The notes: generated by a model not told the origin, from the letters alone. A stretch of DNA of 64,000 bases from an uncultured Alphaproteobacteria bacterium (GCA_963822275.1 CAWGHR010000033.1:25279-89278), one strand, 5' to 3'; positions 1 through 12,122 are shown, counted from the stretch's first letter. Program-made: numbers and translations.

Positions 1-1668
1 GTATTCCGCATAAACGCTCCAAGACGGCGCAATCTTATAATTGGCCTGGACAAAGGGAAGCGTATCGCGCGTGATGAAGCTGGCCGTATAGTTTGTACCC
101 GGAGCATTAGGGCAGGGCGATACCGAAGCGACGGTGGAACCGCAAAGATTGCCCTGTTCGACCGGTGCGTTCACGCCGTGGTCCCAATGAATGTATTTCA
201 CGCCCGGCGTAATGGTCAGGTCTTCTGTGGGCTTGATGTCGATCTCGAGGAACGGCTCGTACTGGGTCCAGTCCGAATACTCGTCATCTTTGGCGTAGCC
301 CAAGGCGCCGTTTAATGCTGTGCCTTTCTTGGCGCCGCACGCGGTTGCCGCTGCTTCAAACCCATTGAATGGATCAATGCCGTCAGCGTTACATAGATTG
401 GCATCAAAATAATATTTGAAGCGGTGCGTCGCCTGGGCTTCCCACCAAATGCCGGCGCGGATCTGGCCAGTCACCGAACCGAAATCGTAATCCTGGGATA
501 AACGTAAGATATCGCCCCAGGCGCGATAGGCATTCTGCTTGTCGTAGGCGAGCAAATTGTTGGTGTGCTTGACGCCATTCAAGGTGGTGATCGTTTGGTT
601 GTCTTCGGACGTGTCGCCGGTGATATCGGCGAGCGTCTGCGTCTGACTATTCGGGCTGAACGTATGGTTCCAATAGGCGTAGGTATAAGCTGTGTTTTCG
701 ATCTTGAAGCCGTCGGTGATATCCCCGTTCACACGGAAATAATCCATATCCGTCGCTTTGGTCGTATAGTTATAGGCGACGTAAGTCGGCAGCGTGGGAT
801 CGGTGTTCTGCAGCGCGAAGTTCTTGCCGTAGACCTGGACCTGAGCGGGCGTCAGGCCGTTATTGTCGTCCAGGTCTTCATTGAGATGGCTGTAATCGCC
901 GAACAGCGTGAATCTCCAATGGGGCGCGAATTGGTCCTCTATTTTGATCAGGGCGTTCTTTGTGGAGACCTCCTGAAGACTAAGCGCGCCGTTCGCTGAA
1001 AGGTTTTGCAAATTGACCAGAACGCGCGCCTTCGTGCCGAGGACGTCTAAATCGCCGCTCTGGCCATTTAAGCCCAGAAGCTTCGTGTCGAAGCTGCCAT
1101 AACTGCCTGTACCATTGATCTCAGGAGTATCGCCCAGCGTCTCGGAAAAGAGCTTGATCGTGCCGCCATAGGTGGCTGCGCCCAAATTTCCGGCATTGCC
1201 CGGGCCGCGGTCGACGTCGGCCGAGCCGATGGTGGATGCCGGAAAATATGAAATATTGTGATGTGTCGGGCCGTTTGTGTCGCCGAACGGAATGCCGTCA
1301 TATTGCATGGCGAATTGGCCGTCTGGCAGGCCGCGCAGCGTGTTCTTGGCACCTCCGTCGGACAGACCAACACCGTTGGGATCGCCCCCCGTCATCGAAG
1401 GGACAATGGATAAGATCGTCACATAGTCGGCCTGTGCAGGAACGAAATCTTCGATATAGGGACGGTTGATAATCGTTTGTGGCTCTGTTGTGTCGAGCGA
1501 GGCCTTTGCCGGTGCGGCGTCTGTGTTGAAACGGGTGCCCGTGACGACGATCGTTTCTAGCGGCGCATCGTTGGCCGCCATGGCGCTTTGCCCTGCCATA
1601 AGAGCGGTGAGCACGACAGTCGAACTTGTGCCGATCCAATAAAGTTTCGAGCGCTTAGCTGAAAACAT
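1..1668 (-). CDS. TonB-dependent receptor, N-terminal part (runs off left edge)
   Basis: Manual translation from ATG 1668: MFSAKRSKLYWIGTSSTVVLTALMAGQSAMAANDAPLETIVVTGTRF, giving a signal peptide and TonB box (ETIVVTG). Plug motifs LRG..DGQF..QYDGIPFGD.NGPTHH and VDRGPGNAGNLG..TYGGTI. RBS GAGGGG upstream. Absent from the ORF track because it is truncated. Confidence 0.9.
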   Translation of the reverse strand, partial: MFSAKRSKLYWIGTSSTVVLTALMAGQSAMAANDAPLETIVVTGTRFNTDAAPAKASLDTTEPQTIINRPYIEDFVPAQADYVTILSIVPSMTGGDPNGVGLSDGGAKNTLRGLPDGQFAMQYDGIPFGDTNGPTHHNISYFPASTIGSADVDRGPGNAGNLGAATYGGTIKLFSETLGDTPEINGTGSYGSFDTKLLGLNGQSGDLDVLGTKARVLVNLQNLSANGALSLQEVSTKNALIKIEDQFAPHWRFTLFGDYSHLNEDLDDNNGLTPAQVQVYGKNFALQNTDPTLPTYVAYNYTTKATDMDYFRVNGDITDGFKIENTAYTYAYWNHTFSPNSQTQTLADITGDTSEDNQTITTLNGVKHTNNLLAYDKQNAYRAWGDILRLSQDYDFGSVTGQIRAGIWWEAQATHRFKYYFDANLCNADGIDPFNGFEAAATACGAKKGTALNGALGYAKDDEYSDWTQYEPFLEIDIKPTEDLTITPGVKYIHWDHGVNAPVEQGNLCGSTVASVSPCPNAPGTNYTASFITRDTLPFVQANYKIAPSWSVYAEY

Positions 1669-1837
1669 CAGTCAATACCCCTCTTGCGAGGGCGAACACC
1701 CTCGATGTTTCACTTGTTTTTTTGGGGAATTGCCCACCCAATAGAGCAACATTCCACGCGCACAAAAGCTGCGGCCGGTTTTGGCCTTAGCAGTCGCAAA
1801 ACTTCCCCATCAACAGGAGAGGTCTTGTCATGGCCGA

Positions 1838-1877
1838 ATTACACTAATTTAAAAAAACTATGACAGTTTTTCGACTG
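1838..1877 (-). promoter_or_regulatory. Candidate Pho box (PhoB site) upstream of TonB receptor
   Basis: Minus strand reads CAGTCGA-aaaa-CTGTCAT-agtt-TTTTTAA-atta-GTGTAAT: 11-bp periodicity, one perfect CTGTCAT, AT-rich spacers. Confidence 0.4.
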
Positions 1878-2089
1878 GCCTCACGACGAGAAAATAGTCG
1901 ACCAATTTGCCACGCTCTACGCATGCAGCATTGATCATCTTTGCCTACAACCTGTGCAATTCGGGAAGATCGGACGAGTTACGAGACGGCAAGCAATGAC
2001 ATCCGGCGATCCGCGCGCCTCCCAATCCCTTCCTGGCCCTTGATGGGCACCGGTTGCTCCCGGCCTCTCGCCTAGCCCACTGTACCGCC

Positions 2090-4885
2090 ATGACTGATTT
2101 ACCCGCTCGACTGCCCGCCATTCCGGCTCTTGTTCCGGCGGGCCGACGCGCGATGTTGTGCGAACCGGCCGGCCTATGCCGCCTCGCGAGCCTGGAGGAG
2201 GCACGCTCAATTTTCCGCTCGGGCGAAGTAATGGTGGCGCATGCCGTATTCGTCGGCGGACGGCTAACGGTAGCCCCGGCCAAGCCGCTCTATGACGTGT
2301 TGGAGTTGTTCGCGTTCGTCCGCCCGGCACAGCCCTGCGTGCCCAGTGCGCAAGGACTGGCGCGTGCGCTCGGGATCGCAAGCCCCGCGACCCTCGAAGA
2401 CGCCGCACGCGCATTGCACGATGCAGCGGCGGTACTCCTTTCGGAGATTTCGGCGAGCCCAGAAGCCGCCAAAACGGGCCTTCGCCCGCTTGCACAGACG
2501 CTCGCAACCGCGGGCTGGCGCTGGGCCAAACCCATCCTGCAAAGCATCGGCGAAGGCGAACGCCCGGCCTCGCCGGTCGCGGGGTTCGACGTTTGGCGTG
2601 CCCTGCCGGTTTGGGAAGACGAAGCCCCACCCGCTCCAGCATCTTCGTTGCCGGTATCCCTGGACGAAGCCGCAAAACGCTTGGCGCAGCTTGTGGGAAC
2701 CGCCGGCGAAGCGCGGCCCGAACAACGCGCCTATACCGATGCAGCAAGTTATGCGTTCGCGCCGCGCGAGCGCGTCGGTGTCCCGAAAATTGCATTGGTC
2801 GAAGCGGGTACCGGCATCGGTAAGACCCTTGGCTATCTCGCGCCGGCGAGCTTGTGGTCGGAGAAGAACGGTCCTGGCTTGTGGATTTCCACTTATACCC
2901 GCAATCTGCAGCGCCAGATCGTGCAGGAGATTGCACGGCTTTATCCCGATCCCAAAGAACGCGAAGAGAAAACCGTCGTTCGTAAGGGACGGGAGAATTA
3001 TCTCTGTCTGCTGAATTTCGAAGAAGCCATCAAACGCACGACTTTGGCACCGGGTCAGCGCACGGTCGCGCTGGCACTCATAGCCCGTTGGGTCGCGGCC
3101 ACTGCAGATGGTGACACTTCGGGCGTGGGCTTCCCTGCTTTCCTGACGGCGAGCCTGCCATTGCGCGAGATCACCGATCGGCGCGGCGAGTGCATCTATG
3201 CGGCCTGTCCGCATTATCGCACCTGCTTTATCGAGCGCGTCGTGCGGCGGGCACGCAACACGCCGATCGTCGTTGCCAATCACGCGTTGGTGATCGCGCA
3301 AGCGGCGCAGGATTGGCCGAGCGTCGACGAGACAACCGACACACAAGCCGAACGGCGCGTTCGCTATGTCTTCGACGAAGGCCATCACCTGTTCGATGCC
3401 GCCGATAGCGGGTTTTCTGCGAGTATGTCGGGCGCGGAAATGGCGGAGCTGCGCCGCTGGATTCGCGGCCCGGAAGGCCGAGCGCGCAGCCGCATGCGCG
3501 GTCTTGAAGAGCGCCTGAAAGATCTGGTGGAAGACCACGAAGACGCTCACCGCATGCTTGACGAAGCGGTCCTGGCGGCGGGCGCGCTGGCAGGCGAAGG
3601 CGCCTCATCGCGCTTGAGCAGCCCGCGCGGAGCAGGCGAAATATTCCTCGCTGCGGCTTATGGCCATGTGCGTGCCCGCAGCGACGATCACGACGGGTTC
3701 TATTCGCTGGAAGCCGATACCCAGCCTGCCGGCGAGCAAATCATCGATGCCGCTAAACATTTGAGGTTGGCCGTTAAGCGATTGGCCGCGCCGTTGATGC
3801 GGATTGGCGAAGTGTCTGCGCAAGCAGTTGAACGACAAGGCGAGCGAATTGGAACCGTACCAGCGCGCGCGGATCGAAGCGGCGGCGCGCGGATTGGAAC
3901 GGCGCGGGCGCATTCTGTTGCCGGCCTGGATGGCGATGCTGGAGAGCGTTGGAAACCGGCGAGATCAACGACGAGTTCGCCGACTGGTTCGAGATCGTCC
4001 GCGAAGACGGCCGCGATATCGATGTCGGCCTCGAGCGGCATTGGATCGATCCCACCATTCCGCTGGCGGGCGAAGTGCTGGCGCACGCGCACGGCGCGCT
4101 CATCACCTCGGCCACGTTGCGCGATGCTGTGCCGACGGCGAAAGCGACTGGGAAAGCGCCGAAGTGCGCACCGGTGCGCTGCATCTGCCCGAGCCGCCCA
4201 AGCGCGCCAGTTTCGGCTCGCCGTTTTCCTATGCCGAGCAAGCGCGCATATTCGTCGTGAAGGACGTGCGCGCGGCGCGACGCTGGACGCGCTGGCGGCG
4301 GCTTATCGCGAATTGTTTCTGGCTTCGGGCGGCGGCGCGCTGGGCCTGTTCACCGCGGTGCGCGCGTTGCGCGCCGTCGAAAGCCGCATCGCCAGCGCCG
4401 CTCGCCGATGCGGGCCTCACGCTTTATGCCCAGCATGTCGACCGGCTCGACACCGGCGCGCTGGTCGATCTGTTCCGCGGCGAGGAGAATTCCTGCCTGC
4501 TCGGCACCGATGCGTTGCGCGACGGCGTCGACGTGCCGGGCCGCTCGCTTGCGGCTGGTGGTGTTCGACAAGGTGCCCTGGCCCAAGCCGACCATCCTGC
4601 ACAAGGCGCGCCGCGCCGCGTTTCGGCAAAGGCTATGACGACCTGCTCACCCGGCTGCGCCTGAAACAGGCCTTCGGGCGGCTGATCCGCGGGGCCGAGG
4701 ACAAGGGCTGTTTCGTCATCCTGGAAGGCGCGACGCCGTCGCGGCTGCTCTGCGCGCTTTCCCGGCCGAAGCGCCCGTCAGGCGCTGCGGGCTTGGCCGA
4801 GGCGATTGGGGAAATCCGTGGGTTTCTTGGCCGAGACCACGGTGACCGGTCGAGCGGCTGCGACGCTTATACAGCGGTTCCATGA
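2090..4885 (+). CDS. dinG: ATP-dependent DNA helicase, DinG family (several apparent frameshifts after ~3810)
   Basis: Motifs EAGTGIGKTLGY, KGRENYLC, VVANHAL, FDEGHH, ITSATL, GGALGLFTAVRAL, LLGTDALRDGVDVPG, LKQAFGRLIR, spread over three frames. Confidence 0.88.
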   Translation: MTDLPARLPAIPALVPAGRRAMLCEPAGLCRLASLEEARSIFRSGEVMVAHAVFVGGRLTVAPAKPLYDVLELFAFVRPAQPCVPSAQGLARALGIASPATLEDAARALHDAAAVLLSEISASPEAAKTGLRPLAQTLATAGWRWAKPILQSIGEGERPASPVAGFDVWRALPVWEDEAPPAPASSLPVSLDEAAKRLAQLVGTAGEARPEQRAYTDAASYAFAPRERVGVPKIALVEAGTGIGKTLGYLAPASLWSEKNGPGLWISTYTRNLQRQIVQEIARLYPDPKEREEKTVVRKGRENYLCLLNFEEAIKRTTLAPGQRTVALALIARWVAATADGDTSGVGFPAFLTASLPLREITDRRGECIYAACPHYRTCFIERVVRRARNTPIVVANHALVIAQAAQDWPSVDETTDTQAERRVRYVFDEGHHLFDAADSGFSASMSGAEMAELRRWIRGPEGRARSRMRGLEERLKDLVEDHEDAHRMLDEAVLAAGALAGEGASSRLSSPRGAGEIFLAAAYGHVRARSDDHDGFYSLEADTQPAGEQIIDAAKHLRLAVKRLAAPLMRIGEVSAQAVERQGERIGTVPARADRSGGARIGTARAHSVAGLDGDAGERWKPARSTTSSPTGSRSSAKTAAISMSASSGIGSIPPFRWRAKCWRTRTARSSPRPRCAMLCRRRKRLGKRRSAHRCAASARAAQARQFRLAVFLCRASAHIRREGRARGATLDALAAAYRELFLASGGGALGLFTAVRALRAVESRIASAARRCGPHALCPACRPARHRRAGRSVPRRGEFLPARHRCVARRRRRAGPLACGWWCSTRCPGPSRPSCTRRAAPRFGKGYDDLLTRLRLKQAFGRLIRGAEDKGCFVILEGATPSRLLCALSRPKRPSGAAGLAEAIGEIRGFLGRDHGDRSSGCDAYTAVP

Positions 4886-6052
4886 TCCCGGCGCCGAAAG
4901 AATCCCTGATTCGGCAATTGCGACGAGACCGGGCGATGGCGAAAGCTATGGCCGCTATCTCGACCGGCATCCTGCCCGGCCATGTGCTGAAGCGGCTGAT
5001 TCGCGCGCGGCGCGAAGATCGCTCGCCGACCGAGGATATCGACGACGGCCAGATCCAGCCGGCCAGCATCGATCTGAGGCTGGGCGCGGTGGCCTGGCGG
5101 GTGCGCGCGAGCTTCCTGCCGGGGCCGAACGCCACGGTGGAAGAGAAGCTCGCCAAGGTCTTCATGCACGAGATCGATCTGACCAACGGCGCGGTGCTGG
5201 AAACCGGCTGCGTCTATATCGTGCCGCTGCTCGAACGCGCCGAGTTCTCTGCCCGCGTCTCGGGCATCGCCAATCCGAAAAGTTCCACCGGGCGCATCGA
5301 TGTCTTCACCCGCCTGATCACCGACCGCGCGCCAAGCCTTCGACCGCATCGAGCCCGGCTATCACGGCCCGCTCTATGCCGAGATTTCGCCGCGCACCTT
5401 CCCGGTGCTGGTGCGCAAAGGCTCGCGCCTCAACCAATTGCGCGTCCGCCACGGTTCGCCGCAATTCACCGACACGCAGTTGAGGCGCCTGCATGACGAA
5501 ACGCCGCTGGTGGACGGCGAGGCCGACATCGACAATGGCCTGGCGCTCAGCATCGATCTGCGCGGACACGCCAGCGGCCGCGATCGGCTGGCGCGCCAAG
5601 CGTCATACCGGCCTGATCGACGTCGACAAGCGCGGACGTCCTCGACCGGCCTACGATTTCTGGGATCCGATCGAGGCAGGTGCCGACCGGCCATCTGGTG
5701 CTCGACCCCGACGAGTTCTACATCCTGGTCGTCGCGCGAAGCGGTGGCGATTCCGCCCGATTACGCCGCCGAGATGGTGCCCTTCAATCCGCTGGTCGGC
5801 GAATTCCGCGTGCATTATGCCGGCTTCTTCGATCCCGGCTTCGGCTTTGAAGCCGGAAAGCCGCCCTGTGCTCGTGCCGTGCTGGAAGTGCGCTCGCGCG
5901 AAGTGCCGTTCATCCTGGAACATGGCCAGATCATCGGCCGGCTGGTGTTCGAGCGGCTGACCGATCCGCCGCCGGAAGTCTATGGCGCAGGGCTCGGCTC
6001 CAATTACCAGCGCCAAGGTTTGAAGCTTTCCAAACACTTCAGGTCGCCCTGA
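4882..6052 (+). CDS. dcd: 2'-deoxycytidine 5'-triphosphate deaminase (apparent frameshifts)
   Basis: QIQPASIDLRLG, ANPKSSTGRIDVFTRLITD, GEFRVHYAGFFDPGFG, VLEVRSREVPFILEHGQ, SNYQRQGLKLSKHF. ATGA overlap with the dinG stop. Confidence 0.9.
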
Positions 6053-6230
6053 CGCGGTAACCATGTTAAATTGTTGCACTAAATCCACACAGCCACGGAA
6101 ATAATAGGGACATTTGGCTACCCCCCGTTGCGTCAACGTCCCAACTTTGGACTACTTCGCGCCGCCGCGGAACAAAGGCTTCGGGGGTCGCTGGTCCGAG
6201 GAAAAGAAGGTCCACAATGAAGGGGGCAGC

Positions 6231-6278
6231 ATGAGGCGGTTACGGCGCGCAATCGCGCCGGCCGCCTCATGATTTTTG
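6231..6278 (+). other. Strong intergenic hairpin (terminator/attenuator-like)
   Basis: ATGAGGCGG-TTA-CGGCGCG-CAAT-CGCGCCG-G-CCGCCTCAT followed by GATTTTTG, just before the GNAT start. Confidence 0.4.
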
Positions 6279-6289
6279 AGGCCTCAGAC

Positions 6290-6812
6290 ATGGATCTGCA
6301 CACACCACGCCTCATCCTTCGCCCAATCGCGGTCCATGATGCCGACGCGCTGTTTGTTGCGCGCAGCGATCCCCAGGTCATGCGGTATTGGGACTGGCCC
6401 GCGCAAAAAAGCGTGGAGCAGATCGAAGAGATTTTCCGCCTTCATGTCCCGGGCATCGACGATGGAACAATTCTGTGGTGGGCCGTCGTGCTTGCGCCCG
6501 ACGGTCCCGCCATTGGCGAGTGCGATCTCAGCGAAATCGATCCCTGTCACCGCCGCGCCGAATTGGGATTTCTTGTTCGCGCGCGCCTATTGGGGGCAGG
6601 GCTATGCCGCCGAAGCAACTCAGGCGGTTATCGCCTACGCCTTCGGCGCGCTCGGCTTGGAACGTCTGACGGCACGCATACATGAAGGCAATCATGCATC
6701 GGTAAGACTGATCGAACGACTGAACTTTCGCTACGAAGGAATCATGCGCGGTTACATCCTGCGCGACGGCGAGCGGCGCAACTGTCTGATTTACGGACGC
6801 CTCAAAGAATAG
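6290..6812 (+). CDS. GNAT N-acetyltransferase, RimJ/RimL family (one frameshift ~6575)
   Basis: LHTPRLILRP..., AELGF / FARAYWGQGYAAEA, NHASVRLIERLNFRYEG. Confidence 0.85.
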
Positions 6813-6843
6813 ATATGCTTCGTTGTCAGGTTCAGGAAACGAC

Positions 6844-7467
6844 ATGCCCGATATTCATCTCTTCGCCTTGTTCATGGCAGGCGCGCTGGCGCTGAATGTG
6901 ACACCAGGTCCCGACATGACCTTTGTGCTGGCGCAAGCGGCCCATCGCGGCACGCGCGCGGGGCTGGCCGCCGCGTTCGGCATCGGTGCCGGCACGCTCT
7001 TCCACATGACCTTGGCCGCCTTCGGCCTTGCAACCTTGTTCGCCGCCTGGCCGCTAGCCTTCGATATCGTGCGCTATGCGGGCGCCGCCTATTTGGTTTG
7101 GATCGCCATCGAATTACTCCGCCATCCGCCGCATTTGAGAGCGACCAGCGCGGACCAACCGATCCATACGGCGTTTCGGCAAGGCCTGGTGACCAATCTG
7201 TTCAATCCGAAAGTGGCGATTTTCTTCATCGCATTCTTGCCGCAATTCGTGACGCGCGGCGCCGGACCCGCTTGGATGCAAATTCTTGTGCTGGGAATTG
7301 CCTTCGACATTTCCGGCACATTCGTCAATTCCATGGTGGCGCTGGGTGGCGGAAAATTGGCGCAGCGATTGCGGGCAAATCCGGTGATCGGAAAAGTCCT
7401 TGGATGGATTTCCGCGAGCGTTATGCTCGGCCTTGCTTTGCGATTGGCGTGGCCGGAGCGGCGTTAG
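6844..7467 (+). CDS. LysE/RhtB family amino acid exporter
   Basis: LNVTPGPDM, GAAYLVWIA, FRQGLVTNLFNPKVAIFF..FLPQF. Confidence 0.92.
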   Translation: MPDIHLFALFMAGALALNVTPGPDMTFVLAQAAHRGTRAGLAAAFGIGAGTLFHMTLAAFGLATLFAAWPLAFDIVRYAGAAYLVWIAIELLRHPPHLRATSADQPIHTAFRQGLVTNLFNPKVAIFFIAFLPQFVTRGAGPAWMQILVLGIAFDISGTFVNSMVALGGGKLAQRLRANPVIGKVLGWISASVMLGLALRLAWPERR

Positions 7468-7527
7468 GCCGTCATAGCGAAAGCGGGCTGCCCATGAGCG
7501 ACAGCATCCAAATCGGGCACGGCGGGG

Positions 7528-10500
7528 TCAGGCTGCGGCGACTGCACGCGGATTGTAGTTGAGGATAGGCGCCAGCCAGCGCTCCGCTTCCGCAACAACC
7601 CAGCCCTTGCGGTTTGCGTAATCCTCGACCTGATCCTTCTCGATTTTGCCGACGCCGAAATAACGGCTTTCGGGATGCGAGAAATAAAATCCCGACACCG
7701 AGGAGCCCGGCCACATCGCAAAGCTCTCGGTGAGCTTCACACCCGCTCGTGCTTCCGCATCGAGCAGTTTGAACAGCGTACCTTTTTCGGTGTGCTCGGG
7801 TTGCGCCGGATAACCCGGCGCGGGACGGATGCCGCGATAGGATTCCGCAACAAGTTGTTCATTGGTCAAGTTTTCATTCGGTGCGTAAGCCCAGAACTCG
7901 CGGCGTACGCGCTCATGCAGACGTTCGGCGAATGCTTCCGCCAAACGGTCGGCCAAAGCGCGTAACAGGATCGCCGAATAATCGTCCTTGTCGGCCTCGA
8001 AACGCTTGATGTGTTCCTCTTCGCCATGACCGGCCGTGACCACAAAGGCTCCGATATAATCCGCCCCGCCGCTAGGCGCGATGAAATCGGCCAGCGCCAG
8101 ATTCGGCTTGGCGCTGTCGCGCGACATTTGCTGGCGCAGTGTATGTAGAGTGGCGATCGGGGATTTACGCTCCGTGTCGCCGAACACGAGGACATCGTCG
8201 TCGCCTTGTGCGTTGGCTGGGAAAAAGCCGAACGCGGCGCGTGGGTTCAACCACTTCTCGTCGACGATTTTCGCCAGCATTTTTTGCGCGTCGGAAAAAA
8301 GATTGCGCGCGGCGCTGCCATATTTGTCGTCTTCGAGGATGGCGGGATATTTGCCCACCAGTTCCCAGGTCTGGAAGAACGGTGTCCAATCGATATAGCG
8401 CACCAATTCAGCGAGATCGTAATTCTCGAAGCTGCGCACGCCTAGGAAGGTCGGCATGGGCGGTGTGTATTTCGACCAATCGAATTTGAGCTTATTGGCA
8501 CGCGCTTCCGTGAGAGACAGACGGCGGCCGGGCGCGCGCTGCGCCGCATGCTTGCGGGCGATCTCTTCGTATTCCAGGCGAATGTTGGCGACAAAATCGA
8601 TATTCGCGGTCTTGCTCAGCAAATTCGACGCCACACCCACCGCACGCGACGCATCGGTGACATAGACCGTTTGGCCGCGACGGTAATTCGGGTCGATCTT
8701 GACTGCCGTGTGCACGCGGCTGGTCGTGGCGCCGCCGATCAGCAACGGAATACTGAAACCCTGCCGCTCCATTTCCGAAGCGACATGACACATTTCGTCA
8801 AGTGACGGCGTGATGAGGCCGGAAAGCCCGATGATGTTGGCACCTTTCTCGCGTGCGGTATCTAGAATTTTTTGCGCCGGCGTCATGACACCGAGATCGA
8901 TGACTTCATAGCCGTTGCATTGCAGGACGACGCCGACGATGTTCTTACCGATGTCATGGACATCACCTTTCACCGTCGCCATCACGATACGGCCCGCGGG
9001 CTCTTTCGTTTGATTCTTGGCCTGTTCGGCTTCCATATAGGGAAGCAGATACGCGACGGCCTTTTTCATAACGCGCGCCGATTTCACGACTTGGGGCAGG
9101 AACATCTTGCCCGATCCAAACAGATCGCCGACCACATTCATGCCGGACATCAGCGGCCCTTCGATGACGTCCAGCGGACGCACCGCTTGCGCCCGCGCTA
9201 CTTCGGTGTCTTCAACAACGAAACTGTCTATGCCATGCACCAGCGCATGCGTGATGCGTTCCTGCACCGGCAGAGACCGCCAAGCGGCATCTTCCACTTC
9301 CACAACGGCACCACCGCCTTTGTATTGATTGGCAAGATCGAGCAGGCGTTCGGTGGCATCGCCCCGGCGGTTGAACAGGACGTCCTCGATGCCTTCACGC
9401 AGCGGTGTTGGAATATCCTGATAGACGGTCAGCTGGCCGGCGTTGACGATGCCCATGTCCATTCCGGCCTTGATGGCGTGGAACAGAAAAACGGAATGCA
9501 TGGCTTCGCGCACCGCATCGTTGCCGCGGAACGAGAAGGAGAAGTTGGAGACGCCGCCGGAAACGTGGACGTGCGGCAATTCCTTGCGGATGCGCGCCAC
9601 CGCATCGATGAAAGCGACGCCATATTCGGCGTGTTCTTCGAGTCCGGTCGCCACCGCGAAGATATTGGGATCGAAGATGATGTCTTCCGGCGGAAATCCG
9701 ACCTGATTCACCAGGATATCGTAAGCGCGTTTGCAGATATCGAATTTGCGCTCGCGCGAATCGGCCTGACCCTGTTCGTCGAATGCCATCACGACGACGG
9801 CGGCGCCGAAACGGCGCACTTCTTTGGCGCGCGCCACAAACGCCTCCTCGCCTTCCTTCAGCGAGATCGAATTGACGATACACTTTCCCTGGACGCATTT
9901 GAGGCCGGACTCGATGACGCTCCATTTGGAGCTGTCGATCATCACGGGTACGCGCGAAATATCCGGTTCGCCGGCGACGAGATTGAGGAAACGGCGCATC
10001 GCCGCTTCGGAATCGATCAAACCTTCGTCCATGTTGATGTCGATGATCTGGGCGCCGTTTTCCACCTGGCTGCGTGCAATCGCGAGAGCACCCTCGTAAT
10101 TGTCCGCTGCGATCAATTTGCGGAACTTTGCCGAGCCGGTGATATTTGTGCGCTCGCCGATGTTCACGAAATTCATTTCCGGCGTTAGCGTGAAGGGTTC
10201 GAGTCCCGACAGGCGCAGATAGCGGGGTTTATCGGGAATGGCACGCGGGGTCACGCCTTCGACCGCTTCGGCAAAGGCCTTGATATGTCCCGGTGTGGTA
10301 CCGCAGCAGCCGCCGACGATATTGACAAGGCCGGAACGTGCAAATTCGCCGATCTTTTCCGCCATCTGTTCGGGCGTGTCGTCGTAACCGCCGAATTCGT
10401 TCGGCAATCCGGCATTGGGATGGGCACTGACCAGCGTGTCGGCAACGCCGGAAAGTTCCGCCACATATTGGCGCATTTCTTTGGCGCCGAGCGCACAATT

Positions 10501-11241
10501 GAGACCGATGGCGAAGGGATTTGCGTGGCGCACCGAATGCCAAAACGCCTCCGTCACTTGGCCGGTCAAGGTGCGGCCGGAAAGATCGGTGATCGTGCCG
10601 GAAATCCAAACCGGCAATCGCTCGCCCAACTCCTCGAAGGCTTCTTCAATGGCGAAGATCGCAGCTTTGGCATTCAATGTGTCGAAGATCGTCTCGATCA
10701 TCAACAGATCGGAACCGCCTTTGATCAAACCGAGCGCTGCTTCTTTGTAGGTCCGGCGCAGTTCGTCGAAGCTGATATTGCGGAAGGCGGGGTCGTTGAC
10801 GTCCGGCGAGATGGACGCCGTGCGGTTGGTGGGGCCTAAAATTCCTGCGACCAGGCGTGGGCGATCGGAGGTGCTGCGCCCATCGCAGATCTCGCGCGCC
10901 AGCCGCGCGCCTTCCAGGTTCAGTTCGCCGACCAGATGCGCCAGACCGTAATCGGCTTGCGAGGTTTCGGTCGCCGTAAATGTATTGGTTTCGATTATAT
11001 CGGCACCGGCCGCAAGATAGGCATTGCCGATCTCACGAATGATACCGGGCTTGGTCAACGTCAGAAGATCGTTGTTGCCTTTGAGTTCGCTGGTGTGATT
11101 GCCGAAGCGGCTGCCGCGAAAGTCTTCTTCGCCGAGCTTGTAGCCCTGGATCATCACGCCCCAAGAGCCGTCGAGCAGGAGGATGCGCTTTCGCGCCTCC
11201 TCTTTCATCCACCGAATGCGGGCGGCACGGTCGAAACTCAT
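7528..11241 (-). CDS. metH: Cobalamin-dependent methionine synthase
   Basis: [44 protein letters not shown] (B12 binding), RPAPGYPA. Confidence 0.98.
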   Translation of the reverse strand: MSFDRAARIRWMKEEARKRILLLDGSWGVMIQGYKLGEEDFRGSRFGNHTSELKGNNDLLTLTKPGIIREIGNAYLAAGADIIETNTFTATETSQADYGLAHLVGELNLEGARLAREICDGRSTSDRPRLVAGILGPTNRTASISPDVNDPAFRNISFDELRRTYKEAALGLIKGGSDLLMIETIFDTLNAKAAIFAIEEAFEELGERLPVWISGTITDLSGRTLTGQVTEAFWHSVRHANPFAIGLNCALGAKEMRQYVAELSGVADTLVSAHPNAGLPNEFGGYDDTPEQMAEKIGEFARSGLVNIVGGCCGTTPGHIKAFAEAVEGVTPRAIPDKPRYLRLSGLEPFTLTPEMNFVNIGERTNITGSAKFRKLIAADNYEGALAIARSQVENGAQIIDINMDEGLIDSEAAMRRFLNLVAGEPDISRVPVMIDSSKWSVIESGLKCVQGKCIVNSISLKEGEEAFVARAKEVRRFGAAVVVMAFDEQGQADSRERKFDICKRAYDILVNQVGFPPEDIIFDPNIFAVATGLEEHAEYGVAFIDAVARIRKELPHVHVSGGVSNFSFSFRGNDAVREAMHSVFLFHAIKAGMDMGIVNAGQLTVYQDIPTPLREGIEDVLFNRRGDATERLLDLANQYKGGGAVVEVEDAAWRSLPVQERITHALVHGIDSFVVEDTEVARAQAVRPLDVIEGPLMSGMNVVGDLFGSGKMFLPQVVKSARVMKKAVAYLLPYMEAEQAKNQTKEPAGRIVMATVKGDVHDIGKNIVGVVLQCNGYEVIDLGVMTPAQKILDTAREKGANIIGLSGLITPSLDEMCHVASEMERQGFSIPLLIGGATTSRVHTAVKIDPNYRRGQTVYVTDASRAVGVASNLLSKTANIDFVANIRLEYEEIARKHAAQRAPGRRLSLTEARANKLKFDWSKYTPPMPTFLGVRSFENYDLAELVRYIDWTPFFQTWELVGKYPAILEDDKYGSAARNLFSDAQKMLAKIVDEKWLNPRAAFGFFPANAQGDDDVLVFGDTERKSPIATLHTLRQQMSRDSAKPNLALADFIAPSGGADYIGAFVVTAGHGEEEHIKRFEADKDDYSAILLRALADRLAEAFAERLHERVRREFWAYAPNENLTNEQLVAESYRGIRPAPGYPAQPEHTEKGTLFKLLDAEARAGVKLTESFAMWPGSSVSGFYFSHPESRYFGVGKIEKDQVEDYANRKGWVVAEAERWLAPILNYNPRAVAAA

Positions 11242-12122
11242 GACAATTCCTTTGGGGCCAATCCGAGAATGCGGCACGTCGCATAGGTCAAATCGGCTTG
11301 ATTGAGCGTATAGAAATGAAACCGGTCAAATCCGTGCGCGTGTAATTCCATCACCTGTTCGGCCATGACGGACGCGGCAACGACACGCCGGCTTTCCAAA
11401 TCATTGTCCAGCCCATCGTAGAGGCGCGACAGCCAGCCCGGGATGCTGGCCCCGCAACGCGCAGCCATCCGCGCGACACCTTTGAAATTCGTCGACGGCA
11501 TCAGCCCCGGAACGATGGGTATTGAAATACCCCATCGGTCGGCACGATCGCGCAGACGCGCGACGGCATCGTTGTCGAAGCAGAACTGTCCAATGGCACG
11601 CGTGGCTCCCGCTTCCACCTTGCGCTTCAGCAGATCGAGATCGTGCTCAAAAGACGGCGAATCCGGATGGCGCTCGGGATAGCAGGATACACTGACCGAG
11701 AACGCTCCGATGGATCGAATGCCGCCGATCAAAGCGGGCGTCGATGCGTAGCCATCGGGATTCGCTGCATAGGGTGCGCCTGTCTCCGGCATGTCGCCGC
11801 GCAGAGCCACAATGTGGCGCACACCCGCATCCCAATAGCCGCGGACAACGTCATCAAGTTCGCCCCGCGATGCCGCAACACAGGTTAGATGCGCGGCGGG
11901 CTTGAGCGAGGTTTCTTCGACGATCCGCTTCACGGTCGCGTGGGTGCGGTCCCGCGTCGAACCGCCCGCACCATAGGTGACCGACACAAAATCGGGTGAC
12001 AACGGCTCCAGCCGCTTCACCGCGCGCCAGAGCTGTTCTTCCATCTCCGCGGTTTTTGGCGGAAAGAATTCGAACGATACGCCGATCGAGCGGGCTTCGT
12101 TGACGAGGTCCTTCAAACTCAT
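11238..12122 (-). CDS. metF: 5,10-methylenetetrahydrofolate reductase
   Basis: [40 protein letters not shown]. Overlaps the metH start. Confidence 0.96.
   Translation of the reverse strand: MSLKDLVNEARSIGVSFEFFPPKTAEMEEQLWRAVKRLEPLSPDFVSVTYGAGGSTRDRTHATVKRIVEETSLKPAAHLTCVAASRGELDDVVRGYWDAGVRHIVALRGDMPETGAPYAANPDGYASTPALIGGIRSIGAFSVSVSCYPERHPDSPSFEHDLDLLKRKVEAGATRAIGQFCFDNDAVARLRDRADRWGISIPIVPGLMPSTNFKGVARMAARCGASIPGWLSRLYDGLDNDLESRRVVAASVMAEQVMELHAHGFDRFHFYTLNQADLTYATCRILGLAPKELS

Noticed and set aside
1669-2089. Cobalamin or other riboswitch upstream of the TonB receptor
   Set aside because: No B12-box or TPP consensus found on the minus strand; only a short hairpin near the RBS.
8872-10188. 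Long antisense ORFs opposite metH, dinG, kdgK, ftsH and others
   Set aside because: Shadow frames caused by GC-rich codon usage; no motifs or RBS support.
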